A stretch of DNA of 64,000 bases from Octopus sinensis (lineage: Eukaryota), in assembly GCF_006345805.1 (NCBI RefSeq), contig NC_043004.1:63426001-63490000 (forward strand), in the 5' to 3' direction. Within the stretch, counting starts at the first letter, position 1; each line of letters starts with the position of its first letter. The translations under genes and the position numbers were made by a program. The notes under the pieces were generated by a model. That model was not told the origin of the DNA. It saw nothing but the letters and a program-made list of their open reading frames with translations, and made no database searches. Below are positions 39,519 to 51,299 of this stretch, in pieces.

Positions 39519-40689
39519 GTAATTATATTCCTCATATACGAAACACGGTAAGCGACATCTAGCTGGGAATTTGCAGAATTATTGGAGGTTTGGATAGACG
39601 GACTTGCCTTATTAATTCTGATTCTCTGCAAACTTTGTCTTTTGCTAAAGCAATTAGGGGCGACAGAGTGCTCGACATATTAGAAAAGCACATTGCAATA
39701 TCTGTTCCGGATCGTTATACGCTGACATGAATACCTACATCGGAATTGCTATCAATTTGTGTTGACCGAAGTAAGCAGACTTGCACATGCTGTGATAGCT
39801 ATCAGAGATTCGAATGCATGGGCAAATCTGTCTTCCTCGAAAACTGTCTCTCCCATGACAGATACATGCTCAATACCGAACGGCAGAAGCGCTACATAAA
39901 TAGTATCTAATATCTAAATTCGGCTTTAAACTATTGAAATATTTTATATCATCAATTTTACGTATTCTTAAAAATAATTTCAAAATATTAATGTGATTGC
40001 ATTTTAAATTATCATATACCTATGAATTACGGGTCAAATTTATCGAAAATCAAATATAATTGTTTATGACCATTTTCTGAAAATAAAATTAACTCTCATC
40101 TTTCCAAATGCTAGAAATATTATGCATAGAAATTTAAATATTAGTTTAAATTAGAAATAGAAAAAATGATAAATTAAATAACAATTTAAATTTGAAATGT
40201 AAAAAAAAAATAAATATAATCAGTTTAGCTTAGAGAAAGAATAGCATTTAAATTATTTTAAAAATTAGAAATAGAACAAAATTAAACATTAGTTTAAATT
40301 ACAAATAAAAAATAAATAAATATTACTTTGACAGTCATTGTTTTTATGAAGCTACAATATCAAAATGCAACATTTATATTGCTTATCTGTTTATCGAAAT
40401 CTTATTCTTCATGCAAAATATATACACATTAAATATGAACAACAATAGAAAAATTAGAATGTTATTGAAATATCTTCGAAATTCATATTTATTTCAGAAA
40501 GTAAATATTTTTTAAGATGGCTTTCATTGAAAATGTTCATCTTTAGGTTGCTTTTATTGAGAAAAAAAGCATGTTTAAAACAATTTTATTTTGAAGCTGC
40601 TTTTCTCAAAAGATTTACTTCATATTCTTGAAACGTGTGATACCTATCTACATATCTATTTATCTATAACGGTCTATAACTTGAGGCAA

Positions 40690-40852
40690 GCCCAACTATT
40701 TCAACACCAGTACTCAGCAAGTACTCATTGCATCGACTCTGAAAAGATGGGCTGCAAAGTCGAACTTGGAGGCGTTTCAACTCAGAACGTAGAGACGGAC
40801 GAAATAACGTCAAACATTTTGCTCGGCGCGCTAACAATTACGCCAGCTTACC
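40690..40852 (-). mobile_element. SINE family B, decayed
   Basis: Seen: reverse match to the family B head and unit. Confidence 0.7.
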
Positions 40853-42572
40853 GACTTATATTTCATATATTAATGATTGTGTTATGTTTTAAAAATTTGT
40901 TCACATTAATTTGATGGTTTACGCAATACAACTGGTTGAGTAAAATCGTTTTATTGTGTAATAAGAATATTTATTGACTTCTAACTTTCGGCCGCGAAGC
41001 AATCATCGGACAGTGACATTTAATTTCATCTTGGCTTTATATAGTTCCTCAAAGTAAATCCTTTTCAGAGTAATCGGAGTTCTGTTGATTGATGGTTAGG
41101 TTCCATGGTAGGTTGTGGTGACAAATGTTACGGAACTTTTTTTGCTTAAATTTGTATAAGCGCTATCGGTATCACTCATGTAGCCCTTTTTGAAGTATGT
41201 ATGTCTCCTATAAGACATATGGCTATAGAAAAAAACGTTGATAGGTTGTTGGTTACGAGAACTGTAACTCGATTTGATTATTATTGGATTTGATCATTTA
41301 TTAATATGATCTTTATTTTTGCATGAATGTTGAATATCTATTGGGTATGTTAGCTTTTACGTGAATGATTTTTAATGGTTGAAATAGAATGAATGTGAGA
41401 AGGTCTAGTCAGTTGTCACAATGGTGAATGCGTTTTCCCCTTTTTATATTGAGATGTAGATTATCACTGAAATTTGCGAAATCCTATCTAGAAGATGATA
41501 CACAGGAACAGTTCTACATGAAGTAATATTCTATAAAAGTAACACTTAGTTAAATATAGTCAATAAAAATTCTCTGATACAACTTGCTACCACAATTTAT
41601 TTATCACTCAACAGAACCCAGGCTACCCAGGAAAATGTTAACTTGAAAGAAACTACATAAACCCAAGATAAAATTATTTGTACCATAGCCCATTAATGGG
41701 TCAGCAGTCAGAAATTTGAAAGTTACTTTCAATAATATTCTTGCTAAAAAGCGATATGTATATATATTAGTATTAAATCAAATTTCACAGTATAAATATA
41801 TAAAATATGAATTACAGGTATAACCACTATTATGCAACTGAAATAGTGATAGACATAAACCAATACATAAATAACAAATAGTATAAACATAATTAATATA
41901 ATATATAATATATATATATGTATTTTTTTTTCCAAAGTATAAAAAGAATAATTATGATATAAGTTAAACCACTACGTCCGTTTCATGGCTATAATATTAA
42001 TTCGAATTACAATTAAGTTTAAAATCAAATGAAATAAATTCGAACAAAAATTAATGTCAATCTTCAGGTTAATGATAATAGTTAAATAAATTAGCAAATA
42101 GAGGTAAACAATATTTTTTAAGAAATAAATAAAATAATAATTTTTCTTATAAAAGAAATCCATTATCTAAATTAGGATTATTTCATACAACCCATTTATT
42201 ATGTTAAATATTTATTTTTAAGGTAAAAAATAGATAGAAATATGTATTTATCTCTGAAGATATAATATGGCTTTAAAAAACATAATAAACTCTCGAATAT
42301 CCTTAACACATTTATAGTCCAATATTTAATCACCAAATTATTTAACAAAATAATCACTATTCATAGTTTTAGATTTAAGTTCACATCTAATAATTATAAA
42401 ATATTTAAAAATAAGTATCTAAATTATAATCAACAAATGTTTTAACTAAAATCTAAAATTTATTCTATCAATAAATGTATAGGCATGTAATGCAAAATAA
42501 ATAAATTCATTAGTTCATTATTACTTACATAAATATTATAAATATCAATATAATATATTTATGAAATTTCTT

Positions 42573-43960
42573 CCATGTTGGTCGTTGGATGATGGTAGAG
42601 TATGGGGGACTGTTTTTTGTCGTCATATTGTCTGAAATCTTCATTTAGCCGCTCCGCAATGCTCTTAGATGTCTCCACGATGTATGTCATGCTATGTTCA
42701 TGTTTTTACAAGCACCTTCCCTGCATCATATGCTGTGAAGTACATTTCTAGTTCTACAGTTAATGCCAGGGCTAATCCTGAAGTACCACCTTGAAGAACA
42801 ACATAGTAAAGTTTAACAAAGCACTATACATACAATTTCAAAGTGCACCCACCGGTGTCGGATTGGCTGGAGATGTGGCCGGCCTCTTCATGACCTGGTG
42901 GGACAGAAACCTAAGCACTCCTTAACAGAACAATCCCCAACGCTTCTACTCTACAGTAGATATGTAGATGACATTACTATCATAGTTAAGACCGACTCTA
43001 GTAATGGTAATTTAGAAACTGAGAGTAACGTAATGGGGAATATCCAACAAGTAGCTAACTCCATTCATCAAGGTATCAAGGTAACTATTGATTACCCTAC
43101 TAGGCACCCCTACAATAGACTCCTCGTCCTTCATACTGAACTTTGGTTAGAGACTATAAACAATAGAGTGCAGCTCCTCCACTCCTACTACATGAAGCCC
43201 ATAGCCACGAAATATGTTGTTAACAAGAACTCACCTTTGTCACACAACATGACAATTAACATACTGATAGCAGACTTAGGATAATGAACAACGTGCCCCC
43301 ACTATGCAAACCCTATGAGACGAAAGAAAAACAAAAAAGAAAGAAATACAGAACTTCATACATCGCATGTAATTCTCTGGATATTATCTGAAAGACAAGG
43401 TTCGAATATACGGGGGTTCTAGAAAGAAATTAGATAATAATATATATAATGATACCAGTGGTACCTGCCCTAGCTGTAGAAACAAAGAGTGGAATAGAAT
43501 ACAAAGAACGTGTGACAAAGCCAGCAGGGATAACAGGTGGTATAACACCGGCAAATATCATGGAGTGATGTTTGTAGAGGCCACAGCCCATGGAGAACTA
43601 GCCCGTAGATATAGCAAATCTCTGAAAGAGACCAAACTCAAAATTAAGATTGCTGAAATGCCAGGGAACTCCATCAAATCACTGGTATGTAGGACTGCCC
43701 ATTTGAGAATACCGCATGCACCCATAAATAGTGCATGGTATGTAGGATTAGCCCTGGCATTAACTGTAGATCTAGAAATGTACTTCACAGCATAAAGTGT
43801 ATTGAAAGTGCTTGTAAAGGCATGAACGTAACATGACATACATAGGGGAGACATCTAGGAGAATTGCAGAACGACTAAATGAACATTCCAGACAATAGAA
43901 AGACAACAAACAGTCCTCCTTACTCTACCAATATGCCAAGAACCAACATGGATGTAACCT
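42573..43960 (+). mobile_element. Second Penelope-like element (RT + GIY-YIG) with an inverted copy of its endonuclease end at the 5' junction
   Basis: Seen: APTGVGLAGDVAGLFMTWW, YSRYVDD, YYMKP, VMFVEAT.HGELA, NVLH.IKC..YIGETSRR.AERL.EH. Segment 42573-42779 is the reverse complement of 43744-43951. Confidence 0.85.
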
Positions 43961-44339
43961 GGGTCAACTTGACATCCGCATCTTATCCAAGCACCCAAAG
44001 GACCCAACACTCAGATAAATACAGGAGAACGTCCTCGTAAATGAAACTTCTCCAATACTAAATAAAAAATATACATAGTAGACATCATGCCCCCATACCC
44101 ACAGTTTATACAGGTAGATTAGAATAGTTAGTGGGCTGTTATTTAGGTAGATGTATATGTGTCTGTAGGTGTATGCACATATGTACATGTATATGCACAT
44201 ATATGTAAGCATATGGATAAACATACAGACGGATAGGTACATAGGTTATATGAACAGAGACGCAGACATACACAGATGAAGACCGAAACACATAACCATA
44301 TATACACAAACACTTTACTTCACACAACGATATATATGG

Positions 44340-44362
44340 AGATACATATATATATATACGAG

Positions 44363-44437
<75 letters not shown>
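44340..44437. repeat. (TA)n microsatellite abutting the exon acceptor
   Basis: Seen directly. Confidence 0.95.
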
Positions 44438-44439
<2 letters not shown>

Positions 44440-44461
44440 TTTGTACCTTTAATATATTCAG

Positions 44462-44566
44462 GCAAAGGATATAGCGAAATATCTCGAGAGATCTCTGGAA
44501 AAGATTTTATCAGAAAGGAAGTGGTTAACCCAAGAATCTCGAGAGAATGCCAAGAATATAATTAAG
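44462..44566 (+). CDS. M13 exon: AKDIAKYLERSLEKILSERKWLTQESRENAKNIIK
   Basis: Seen: l....W(M/L)...(T/S)r..A motif, atattcAG / GTAAGA splice sites. Phase 0 to 0. Confidence 0.9.
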
Positions 44567-44804
44567 GTAAGAATTATGAAATGTAATTTTATCAGTCCTT
44601 CGCTGTTATGTTTATCGACGAAGCAGTTTAAAAGGGGAAGACTATAAAGAATAAAGAATTAATGTACGGAAGGAATAGTGAGAGTGCGAAACAGAAAGTG
44701 GTAAAATAATGCCTGCATATATGTCTGTGCGTGAGTATGTGCTCGGGTTTGTATACGTATGTGTGTGCATGCGTCCGTATGGGTGTGTGTATGTGTATAC
44801 ATAA

Positions 44805-44892
<88 letters not shown>

Positions 44893-44900
44893 ATTATTAT
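44805..44900. repeat. (TA)n microsatellite
   Basis: Seen directly. Confidence 0.97.
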
Positions 44901-45070
44901 TAATATTAGGAAATCAATATCAAAACTTTTCAGAAAGATATACACGCGTGAAAATTGATGGTTGCATTAAAGATATATAAATATATAAATATAAATATGT
45001 ATAAAAATATATGTAAATATGTATAAGTATAAATATATAATGTATATGACAGTTTAAAATTTTGAATTGA

Positions 45071-45410
45071 TTATTTAAGGCATTTTACGAGCGTTTCGCA
45101 GAGGAGTTGTCCCTATCATGAAATCCTATATTGATAAGCATTACTGAATATATTTAACTAAAGATTTAAATATATATATATAGATCTTTAGTTAAATATA
45201 TTCAATAATGCATATCAATATAGGATTTCGTTATTACATCAATGAAATCATATATTGATATGTATTATTGAATATATTTAACTAGAGATTTATATATATA
45301 TCTATATCTATATCTATATCTATATATATATATTCAATAATGCTTATCAATATAGGAATTCATGATAGGGACAACTCTTCTGCGAAACGATCGTAAGATG
45401 CTTTAAATAA
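45071..45410. repeat. Nested inverted repeat (four alternating copies of a ~50-bp unit inside ~100-bp arms)
   Basis: Seen: 45071-45165 is the reverse complement of about 45325-45410; inner copies at 45183-45228 (inverted) and 45247-45290 (direct). Confidence 0.85.
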
Positions 45411-45744
45411 TATATATATATATAATTTTACATACGTATATATGTGTGTATATACATAGGTATATATATATATATATAAATATAAGTTTAACAATTAAGG
45501 ATAATCTCTTAATAAGGGATCTTAACAAGAAATTATCGGGCAGCTAGCGTGAAAACCTCATAAAAGAAAAGAATTCGAAAATAATTTTTTTCTTTTGAAC
45601 AAATTAATTATATCTATATTGTATAGAGGGCATTATTACACATAAATGCCTCACACTAAGAGGGACAAAGTCATTACTACCAAAATTATACTAATCATAC
45701 CCAAATGCAGTTTTTCAAAGCAAGACATTTAAAAAAATGAATTT

Positions 45745-45802
45745 AGTTCTGTATCACCGTGATTTCACATTCAACTGACGTCTAATGATCATCAGCAGAA
45801 CT
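45745..45802 (-). ncRNA. Type I hammerhead ribozyme motif (left hairpin arm)
   Basis: Seen on the minus strand: AGTTCTG CTGATGA t-CATT..AATG-t GAA A TCAC g GTGA T A CAGAACT. Helix I has 7 bp; U.U mismatch at the base of helix II. Confidence 0.72.
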
Positions 45803-45881
45803 GATTCTGAACACATCATAAATTAACTACCAACCTTACGCTACGTAAGGTTGGTAGTTTATTTATGATGTGTTCAGAATC

Positions 45882-45940
45882 AGTTCTGCTGAGGATCATA
45901 AGACGTAAAGTTGAATGTGAAATCACGGTGATACAGAACT
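45882..45940 (+). ncRNA. Type I hammerhead ribozyme motif (right hairpin arm, core CTGAGGA)
   Basis: Seen: AGTTCTG CTGAGGA tcat..atgt GAA A TCAC g GTGA T A CAGAACT. Confidence 0.68.
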
Positions 45941-47367
45941 AAATTCATTTTTTTAAATGTCTTGCTTTGAAAAACTGCATTTGGGTATGATTAGTATAAT
46001 TTTGGTAGTAATGACTTTGTCCCTCTTAGTGTGAGGCATTTATGTGTAATAATGCCCTCTATACAATATATATATAAATATATATATATATATGCTATCA
46101 TTTCTAAATCATTCATAGAGAGTGAGAGAGAGATTCATTAAGTTGGTGCACCTCGTTAATTTGGAATAATATGCACACACAACAATTGCTTGCAAATATC
46201 ATCCTTGGTTTATACCCACCGGCAGAGTGAAATTCATGTAGTCCTTGCAGAAAATTAGATTCAGTAGAGTATATTCACACATGCACACTTTATTAAATAT
46301 ACAGTCCATAATAAACTTCCGAATAAACGACGTGTACGTTCTCAGAAGTCAATAACATATGAATATATAAAAAAATGAAGGATAGGTGTCAATCCATTAT
46401 GGCCGTTTCAAACAACTACTTAAATTGACTAATGAATTCATCAAATCAGTTCGAAAGAAACTGTTTTCTATCAAACGTATACTTTAGAAGGAAGCATATT
46501 CCAAATAACTCAAAATAGTTGAAAATTTTAAAAGCTCCCGCAGCCAACATTCTGCTGCTATTTCAGCTGACGAAATTTTTTTTTGTGTGTTTGAGGTTAG
46601 TAATGTATTATTACGAAGGGAAGGAATAAGCCACATCCAGGGATTATCCCCACTTCCAACAATAAAGGAAGCCATGACTACGTTTGTCTGTGAGATCTAT
46701 AAAGGTTATTTCCATTATCTACCTCTAAATTGAAATGAAATGTTTGGTGGTGAGCTCCAGTCTACTATGTTATCAAGGTCATTTAAGATGGACCCAGTTC
46801 ACAAGTTATTGTGAAGCGAAGTAGAGGGAAATTATAAAATTTATAAAAATAGACCAAACAAGGAAGAAATTCCCTCCAACTCTTACTAATTACCGCAATA
46901 ATAAGAGAGAAAATTAATAAACGATAAAGGGATGAAAGATATGGTGGCAAAAACTTAAATCATAACGCAGGGAAGCATTGAAAGCGGGTAGAGACCTACT
47001 ATAACATAGCTGAGCTTTAACATTATAGCGATAAGAAAAAATATATATAAGGTAACAAATAAAGAAAGGTATATTATATAAAAAGATTATGACAAAAGTT
47101 TCTGAAAGAGATATCAGTGACATTAAGAATAAAAATAGACGGAAAAATAAATATAAAAATATCAAAATAATGTGTGTTTTGTTTGTTAGATCATAACTAA
47201 AGATTACGAAGAGGTAACGATAAGAAATATTAAATATGTATTAGGTATAATGTAAATAAAGGGAAACAAACTTTTCAAGAGGAAATGTTTTCAGATATAG
47301 CAATCTTAAAATTGTTTAATGGATTGACTCCTGTCCTTCATTTGTTATTCATTTATGTTATATATGC

Positions 47368-47522
47368 TTACATACATACACACACACATATACATACATA
47401 CATACATACATACTTACATACTTACATACATACATACATACATACATACACACACACACATATATGTAACAACACACACACACACACACATATATGTATA
47501 TATATATATATATATACATATA
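47368..47522. repeat. Compound (TACA)n/(CA)n/(TA)n microsatellite
   Basis: Seen directly. Confidence 0.93.
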
Positions 47523-48929
47523 TCAATGGGAATTTGCGTGTGAGTGCGTATAATCCGTATGCATTCGAAAACAAAGTTGACGATTTTGAGGCATAAGGTA
47601 TCAAAATATTCAGTAATCTTTCGTTTACCAAATAAACTGTTTTGATTCAGATATCTACTTTATCTCAACAATCAGCTATAGTCGTTTGAAAGACAACGAA
47701 CTGGTTTCACTAGAAAGTGAAAAGAAGTTCACACTTTCTATTGGAACCAAAATGACAGTATTGTATTACACGAACTGGTTTCGCTAGTTACGTCTGCTAT
47801 TTCAGTACAATTCTACGCATGTATGAAACTTTGAGAAGTTTCAGTTTTTTTGAAAGCGAGTAGCTGATGGGTGGGTGAGATGTTGGAAGGGGTGGTCAGT
47901 GTTTCTTTAAGAATTATTAAAGTTTAGAAAAAATATATTTTCCAGATTCGTAATCTCTGCATTTTGCTACATGGATAAAAAGAGTGAAATTCGAAAAACG
48001 TTACAAATTAAGAATTCGCGGTGGAGATGGTGGGAAATAAAGTGAAATCAGTGCAAAATCGTAACGACATCCTTTTATACAATCAAACAATACACAGTTT
48101 GTGACCCTTCTTAAGAACAGAAAAAACTTTTATGCAGACCCTTGCAAATTGTATCCTCCTCACTTTACTTTTCAACAAACAGTTATCTCAATTACGCCAG
48201 TAATCCAGTTCCCTATACATAGTTGAGTGCCTGGGCATCTCAATTTAGTCTTGCACAAAGCTTCTAAAACGAGGCATTATACGGTAATTATGCTCGTTAG
48301 AGAGGAACAAATAATACAACGTCACCGTGGATCATAACACACGGGCAACGCCGGGAATTATTGCTTGTGTATCTACGTGTGTGTGTGTGTGTGCGTGAGT
48401 GAGTGTGTGCATGTGTGTGCTTGTGCGTTTATGTTCGTACGCATGTATCTATCTCTATCTATTTTAATAATGGAATATATTCAGAATTTCGATATATGTT
48501 ATTTATCCAAATAGTTGAGTGCCTGTGCATCTCAATTTAGTCTTGCACAAAGCTTCTAAAACGAGGCATTATACGGTAATATATTAATACACATGGAAAA
48601 GGTAATCGTTGGGAATGTAAAATATATGAGAAATGTATTATACAGTTTGAAAATAGAAGTGCTTTTGGAAATATGTAGATTTGGAGAGTTTTCACTATGT
48701 GTACATACATAAACACATGTACGTACTGAACACATATATATTTATCATTTTCTACTACAGCAGAAAACATTGAAAGAAGGTATACGTTAATGCCTTTTCA
48801 GAGAAGAAAGACCATTGCAGAGAGGAAGCAAGAGAATGTTAAGTCTAGATGGAAAATAACAAGTATAAAGAAATGGAGCGATATGCTCATAATATTTTCC
48901 ACGTGTTAGTCGCCGTAAAGTCTCTATAT

Positions 48930-49870
48930 AAACATCATTATCGATTAACATCCGCTTTTCATGCTGGCATGGGTAGCATGATTTGGCTGAGGACTAGCAA
49001 GCCAGGAGGCTGCACCAGGCTCCAATCTTATCTGGCCAGGTTTCTACAGCTGCATGCCCAAACACTGAGAGTGTAGCGGGTGCTTTTTACGTTCCAGTCA
49101 GGCGGCACTGACAATGACCATCCTCGATTGGTGCTTTTTTATGTGCCACCGGAACGGATGCCAGTCAGGTGACACTGGCAACGATCACGCAACACATGAC
49201 CATACCAGCACAGTCATCTCTCTAGCACACCACCTCTGATGCCCTCAGGGCGCTTCACTCTGTCGTGTATGCACACTAACATTACACATCCAGCAGAGCA
49301 TACTAGCTTCATTTCTTTCACCCCTACGCATGTCCCCAGTAGTCATATCCCATGTGTCACTGCAGTGTAGCATGGCTGTCTGCACACATGCGTCATACAG
49401 CCTAAATTTCACACTGAGTGAGAGGCACTTTGTTACCAACAGAGGTAGGAGCTCTCTGAATTTGCACAAGCTATTCTTATTCTAGCAGCTACGCTCTCAG
49501 AGCATCCACCCCCGCTACTCCTCGGTCATCTAGGTAACGGAAGCCACTAATTACTTCTATCCCCCCTCCCCACTGACTTGTGACGGAAACTGTGTTTTGC
49601 ACATTTTCAGTTAGTCTTCCTTTGATATTACTTGCACATCTTATGTGTCCATAGCTTGCACTGGTTACATCTTATGGAATTTCTCCCTACACCTTTTCTA
49701 TAGATCGAGCATGCCATCTACCTGAAGGGGTTTATGATTTGTCTGCCTTCCTACTTAGTAAGACATTGGTTTTTGTTAAATTGACTTTAAGGCCCTTTGA
49801 TTCTAGACCTTGCTTCCACACCTGAAGTTTCTCCTCTGGTCGGCGGCCCAGCTTAGTGAAACAGTTCTCC
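48930..49870 (-). mobile_element. RTE-clade LINE 3' relic
   Basis: Seen: LQVWKQGLESKGLKVNLTKT and KFRELLPLL....LSLSVK.RLYDACVQTAMLHCSDTW, followed by a 3'UTR-like segment. Confidence 0.8.
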
Positions 49871-50188
49871 TCATAAGATGGAGGTGAAGTGTCACGGAAA
49901 AGCGCTATATATGCATAATATGCATGAATAGTAAACAGAAGATTGTGAAATATATAGGTAGCCCTATAGAGACTCATATTCATAAACACTGTAGAATATA
50001 TTATATACGCGCACGAATTATGAAGTGTAATGTGTTGCTTGTCTATGCGTGCATCACTTTGTTAATACATGTGTTTATGTGAGTGCGCGCGCGTGTGTGT
50101 GTACGTCTGTATGTGTATATATTTCACAGTGTTTATTCGTATATTGCTTTTTCTCCCGTAATATTTGGAGCATGTCATTATTCTTCAG

Positions 50189-50266
50189 AAACTGAGTAAG
50201 AAAGTCCATGTAGGTTCCCAACATTCACATCAGGCGGAAGCTAAATTGATTAAAAGATATGAAAAT
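50189..50266 (+). CDS. M13 exon: KLSKKVHVGSQHSHQAEAKLIKRYEN
   Basis: Seen: ttcttcAG / GTAAGC splice sites, phase 0 to 0. Aligns to ALAIKERIGYP...KLNNEYLE, but the GYP motif has become GSQ. Confidence 0.75.
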
Positions 50267-50661
50267 GTAAGCCAATTTTTATTGTATTGCATTCGTCATT
50301 TGTTTCACATATATAAATATGAACCGAATAGTTTATGCATAAATTAATCTATAAGACATTCTTTTTTACCTTTGGTTTGAATTTCAGGTTTACATGTTAT
50401 CATCTGTACATAAATTCGGTGGTAATCAATTCAACGCAGTCACTATATATTATTTATTTATTAATATAAATTTCTCCTTGTATATTATGTATTTGAAAGA
50501 AAATGTAAAATGTAAGCATCATTTAATTGAATAATCTTGATGATAAGAATAATTTCACTTTCATGACAAATTAAATAACAACTGAATTTGTTAAACAGGC
50601 TCTCTTGCTTCACTGTATAAAGTTATAGAGCTAAGCATAAATTATATTCTTTATATTTCAG

Positions 50662-50753
50662 CTAAAACTCTCAGACAATTTTCTCGAAAATGCGTTTGCT
50701 TTAAAGAAGAGACGTACACAATTAATAACTTCGGACATGTTGAAGAATGATAT
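50662..50753 (+). CDS. M13 exon: LKLSDNFLENAFALKKRRTQLITSDMLKND
   Basis: Seen: tatatttcAG / GTGAGT splice sites, L.....(F/Y).eN motif. Phase 0 to 2, as in MME. Confidence 0.88.
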
Positions 50754-50795
50754 GTGAGTTATTTAAAGAATTTTGCATTTTGACATTATATATAA

Positions 50796-50796
<1 letters not shown>

Positions 50797-50850
<54 letters not shown>

Positions 50851-50884
50851 GTATCATTATTATTATCATTATCATTATTATTAC

Positions 50885-50958
<74 letters not shown>

Positions 50959-50959
50959 C

Positions 50960-50996
<37 letters not shown>

Positions 50997-51005
50997 ATTA
51001 TTATT
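50797..51005. repeat. Compound (ATT)n/(AGT)n microsatellite
   Basis: Seen directly. Confidence 0.97.
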
Positions 51006-51008
51006 GTA

Positions 51009-51215
51009 AAGGCGGCGAGTTGGCAGAATCGTTAGCACGCTGGGCGAAATGTTCAACGGCACTTCGTCTACCGTTAGGTTTAGAGTTCGAATTCCTCAGA
51101 GGTCGACCTTTCCTTTCAACCTTTTTGGGGTCGATAACATTTGTACCAGTTATGTACTGGGATTGATGTAATCTCTTTCCCAAACTTTGAAACCTTGTAC
51201 TTCTAGTTGAAAACA
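51009..51215 (+). mobile_element. SINE family B
   Basis: Seen: GGCGGCGAGTTGGCAGAATCGTTAGCACG head, B box GAGTTCGAATTCC. Confidence 0.85.
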
Positions 51216-51299
51216 TTATTGTATCAAAACTAACAGCTTATTTTCTTGGGTATGATGGAAAGTGTCACTTGTATTACTGTTTATGTTTCAAGACCCCCG

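Larger units (their letters stand above)
45481..46070. repeat. ~355-bp hammerhead-bearing element (minus, 45481-45840) folded back into a ~226-bp-arm palindrome
   Basis: Seen: arms 45615-45840 and 45844-46070, centre CCTTACG-cta-CGTAAGG; a single-orientation copy lies at 60557-60912. Confidence 0.93.

Noticed and set aside
44268-44295. CAGATGAAGACCGAAAC near the second Penelope
   Set aside because: The core is non-canonical and there is no helix II or helix I pairing.
46481-46588. KEAYSK*LKIV...ADEIFF resembling an M13 helix
   Set aside because: It is out of order relative to the mapped exons, contains a stop, and the similarity is too weak.
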